Shown here: in pieces, positions 28,619 to 32,586 of the stretch
How positions within the stretch are numbered: the stretch's first letter is position 1
Layout: each line of letters opens with the position of its first letter
Source of the DNA: Macrostomum lignano
Taxonomy: Eukaryota
Direction of reading: 5' to 3'
Length of the DNA stretch: 32,586 bases
Assembly: GCA_002269645.1 (NCBI GenBank)
Contig: NIVC01004877.1
Coordinates: forward strand, 1-32,586
The notes under the pieces: generated by a model
What the model saw: the letters and a program-made list of their open reading frames with translations, nothing else
What the model was told of the DNA's origin: nothing
Database searches by the model: none
Translations under genes and position numbers: made by a program

Positions 28619-29702
28619 GTGCTCTGGCTGTTGCCTGTTTAGACTTGATGAATTTGAAGTTGTCACTGCGTAGACTGGAATGCCAACGAAACCGGGAGCA
28701 CTGCTTCTGCATATATTTGGGAAGAAATGGCATTCCAACTCTCCAAGAGGCGTCTCTGCGTTCTCATTGGTTGAGCTGTATGAGTAGCCTTGGACTTTCC
28801 CATTCCTTTCATAAATGGCGACCATTATTGCGGATTTCCTGGAATTGCCTTCCCACTCATTCCTGCGCTGGTAGATTGGCAATTCTGATTGAGAGCGTCA
28901 CTGCGAGGGGAATCCATTTTTGGGAAAACTGATTCTGCAGAGCCGGTATGGCAGGCTTCCCATTTCTTCTCCCGGATGCAAACCGTCTGAGCTGCTTCAG
29001 TTATGCTTCTCTGTCTGTCCTTGACGCATTTGAAGTGTCACATCTGCTAAAAAATTTGAAATACGAGTTACTCAGATTTCGAGATCCGACAACAAACATC
29101 TGGGATCGAATTGTTTGTTGCAGCTCTGGTAGACTTACAGTCGTGAAGGAAGCCCTCTTTGGCGAGCATAGAATATGGAATGAAGATGTCAAAGGTACCA
29201 GCAGATATTAGAAGGGGCTGCTGGAGCAGCTCAGTGTTTAGCGCGTCTTATTTTTGCGCCACGACTCATGGTTCTATTCCGTTCTTTTGGCTCACAATGT
29301 ACATATCTAACGACTCGAAAGTGTGGGCCAAGTCAGACCCGAGAAGGCGTTGTCGCGGGGTACTTTCCGTACGAAATGAGGTCACTAGTTTTTTAATAAT
29401 CCTTTGGCGCCACATTACTTGTTAAGCTGTTATAATGCGCCTCGCATAAGCTCAATCGATCATTAAAATATCGAACTATCAAGTAATCAAGCTGTTCTGT
29501 GGAAGGTCAATTAAGAGTTGGAACAAATTTCTGTGCATCCGGTTTCGATTCGGGGACAATTTATCCAATTTACTGCAGAGTAAAAAGTTTAATCGTTATG
29601 CATCTGACTCGTGAAAGTTGATCGGAGGGCACCATTTGCTAGCGTTTCTGAATGAACTTTAGAACTTTACCGCCCACGCTTAAATTGCATCGCGCTTGGC
29701 AA

Positions 29703-30130
29703 ATGACATATCTATGAAAGGGATATGTGACACATCTATGCAATGCAACTGACATGTGACATACATGTATCTATGAAACTGACATGTGACACATCTATGA
29801 AACTGACATGTGACACATCTATGAAACTGACATGTGGCACATCTATGAAAATGACATGTGGCACATCTATGAAACTGACATGTTACGTATGTATGAAAAT
29901 GACATGTGACATATATTTAAAACTGACGTGATGCATCTTTGAAACTGACATGTGACACATCTATAAAACTGACATGTGACATGCATGAAGCTGACATGTG
30001 AGACATCTATGAAACTGACTTGTGATGCATCTATGAAACTGACATGTGCCATATCTAAAAACTGACATGTGACATATCTATAAAACTGACATGTGATGCA
30101 TCTAAGAAACTGACGTGACATATCTATAAA
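29703..30130. repeat. 24-bp minisatellite, degenerate
   Basis: Unit TGACATGTGACACATCTATGAAAC. Confidence 0.92.
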
Positions 30131-31179
30131 TATGCATCTAACGTATCTAGAACCATCACGTAGTATACGTGATACACATAATATGTCACATACAGCTAAT
30201 GGAACCGTCATGTGACTCATCAATAGATCTGTCGTGTGAGACATTTAAAGAGTTGTCGTCTGACGGACATCAATCATCAATCAATAAAACTCTTATCCAA
30301 TATCAATTTTGCGTCCTAAAAATGATTTACATTAGTACATTAGCTTCTGTCTTTCCAAATTTGTTTAAATTTTCCAAACAAAGTCGTATTAACTCCAATT
30401 TTAATCAGGCCAAATACGTTGCACTAAAATTTTTACAATTTGAATTTCCAACAAATTTGTTTTACTGCAACACTTTGAAGCGGCAAAGGATATCGATACT
30501 TTTTCAACGAATAGAACTGCTCGAAAAATTTAATTTGTTATATTTCCCGAGAGAGCCGGATTTAGTCTCAGCTGGTTCGATTTGAGAACGTCTTGTCCTG
30601 GCCCCGAGCTGAAAATATTGCTTTGCAGACAGCGTTATATATGTGTATGGGGTAGAATACTTGTACTTTTATCTAATTCCCTAATGCATTCGACTAATGA
30701 CCTAATTAAGATCAAGACAGCAAGCAAAGTCGACTCAGAAGATATGGATATTTCCAGTCATAAAACCGGGTTTTATACCATGATATAAATTATTTAACTG
30801 CAAAAACGGAATAAATGTATTTTTTATGTCTCCGGTGTCCATAAAATCAGTTCTTGAGTCTACTCAGATTCAATCTGCATCTCTGAAAGCTTTTCTCGAG
30901 CATTAATAGTTAATGCGTAGGTAATGATAGTATCGATTAGAATATTTAAAAGCATAGCAAATGGCTCTCTAACTTGTTATAATAATATTGTTTTTTTTCA
31001 AATCTAATTTGCTCTACTAATAGTAAGAGAAATGCATTTTCCACTGCGTGAATCATTGTTGCCTGAAATAATTGGGACTTTGACTCCGAACTTGCAAATT
31101 GCATTGGAAACATTTTCATATTGTTGACCTATTCGTTGCAATCTCATTTTCCTGAATCTCCTTCTCACCTGAATCACAT

Positions 31180-31700
31180 TCACCAATCTCGCCTTTTTCT
31201 CAATCTCACTCCTCTCTCAATCTCACCCTTCTTTCAGTCTCATCTCTCTTTCAATCTCACCCCTCTCTCAATCTCACCTCTCAGTCTTATTTCTCTTTCA
31301 ATCTCACCCCTCTCTCAATCTCACCTCTCAGTCTTATTTCTCTTTCAATCTCACCCCTCTCTTAATCTCACCTCTCAGTCTCATCTCTCTTTCAATCTAA
31401 CCCCTCTCTCAATCTCACCTCTCAGTCTCATCTCTCTTTTCAATCTCACCCCTCTCTCAATCTAACCCCTCTCTCAATCTCACCTCTCAGTCTTATCTCT
31501 CTTTCAATCTCACCCCTCTCTCAATCTCACTTCTCGCAGTCTTATCTCTCTCTCAATCTCACCCCTGTTTCAGTCTCACCCCTCTCTCAATCTCACCTCT
31601 CTCTCAATCTCACCCTCTCTCAATCTCACCCCTCTCTCAATCTCACCTCTCTCAATCTTACCTCCCTGAATCTCCCCCTCTCTCAATCTCACAATCTCAT
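31180..31700. repeat. CT-rich compound minisatellite
   Basis: Recurring TCTCTCAATCTCACCCC and CTCTCAGTCTTATC units. Confidence 0.9.
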
Positions 31701-32254
31701 TCTCACTCATCTCTGTATCTCAATATTTCACCAGTTTCTCTATCTCACTGTCGCCCAAATGAATCTCTTGCCAATTTGGCATCAATTTTTTATGCGCCAC
31801 TAATGAACAACAGAAGCAAAATATAAATGAACCAAAACAGACTGACGCCGTTGCACCTCACCAATCATTGGGGTTCACCCGGTGTGCAGCCAGCCCTAAT
31901 TAGACGAAAGTGCCGAAAGAATTTCTAGCAAAGGCTTCGCCTACCTCCTCTATCTTGTTGGGGTGCGGTGAAAGTTTTTGCTATGTAGCCCACTGGTTTA
32001 TGGAACCATTAATGGACAGATGGGGCTATTATATGGAAGCGGGCAGTTCTGCTGATCAGGGTCTCTGACTTCCAGCGCATGGTCCGCGAAATTTATACTA
32101 TTTGAGAGACGAATCTAGAGTGCTTTGTATACTCTGGGGGACTGTGAAACACAACTTGTGAAGCCAATTGTAACGATTCAAGTGTTTAATATTTCAACTG
32201 ATTCTTTTTCTTAGAATGTGTCAGAGCTTCAATGCTGTTTGTCAGACGTATATT

Positions 32255-32515
32255 TATGCGTCAGGGATGCCATTTAAGTTGTCAGGAGTGTACTTTTTGT
32301 GTCAGAGGTGTCATTTAAGTTGTCAGGGAGTCTACTTGTTGTGTCAGAGGTGTCATTAAAGTTGTCAGGGAGTCTACTTGTTGTGTCAGAGGTGTCATTT
32401 AAGTTGTCAGGGAGTGTAGTTGTTGTGTCAGAGGTGTCATTTCAGTTGTCAGGAGTCTACTTGTTGTGTCAGAGGTGTCATTTCAGTTGTCAGGAGTGTT
32501 ATTGTTATGTCAGAG
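32255..32515. repeat. 42-bp minisatellite, about 6 copies
   Basis: GTCAGAGG recurs at 32301, 32343, 32385, 32427 and 32468. Confidence 0.92.
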
Positions 32516-32586
32516 TTTCATGCTTTAATGTAGAGAAGTACATTTAAAGCATTTCACTGTGAATGACTCCGCGCCAAAACTCGGCT

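Overview
Eukaryotic (invertebrate animal) genomic DNA with spliceosomal introns. GC-rich exons and minisatellite-filled introns suggest a free-living flatworm such as Macrostomum, but this is inference only. Three host genes can be assembled from splice sites: a divergent ionotropic glutamate receptor / IR-type channel (+, 5' incomplete, 1479-9638), a complete six-exon Tom70 (+, 19747-24973) and a two-exon CRAL-TRIO lipid-binding protein (-, 27375-28618). The most notable object is an apparently intact Crypton-type (DUF3504) tyrosine-recombinase element in an intron of the receptor gene. Its catalytic Tyr lies on a second exon, and both flanks carry many copies of a TTCCTGCACG motif, including a long hairpin and a loxP/dif-like palindrome. 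The 10-19.7 kb intergenic block holds a LINE 3' remnant, nested TIR-like elements, a dense Pbx-Hox/Meis-like motif cluster next to a CCAAT/TATA promoter-like segment, and a strongly CpG-depleted stretch containing a Merlin/IS1595 transposase fossil. All coordinates, counts and family assignments were made by eye, without database searches.
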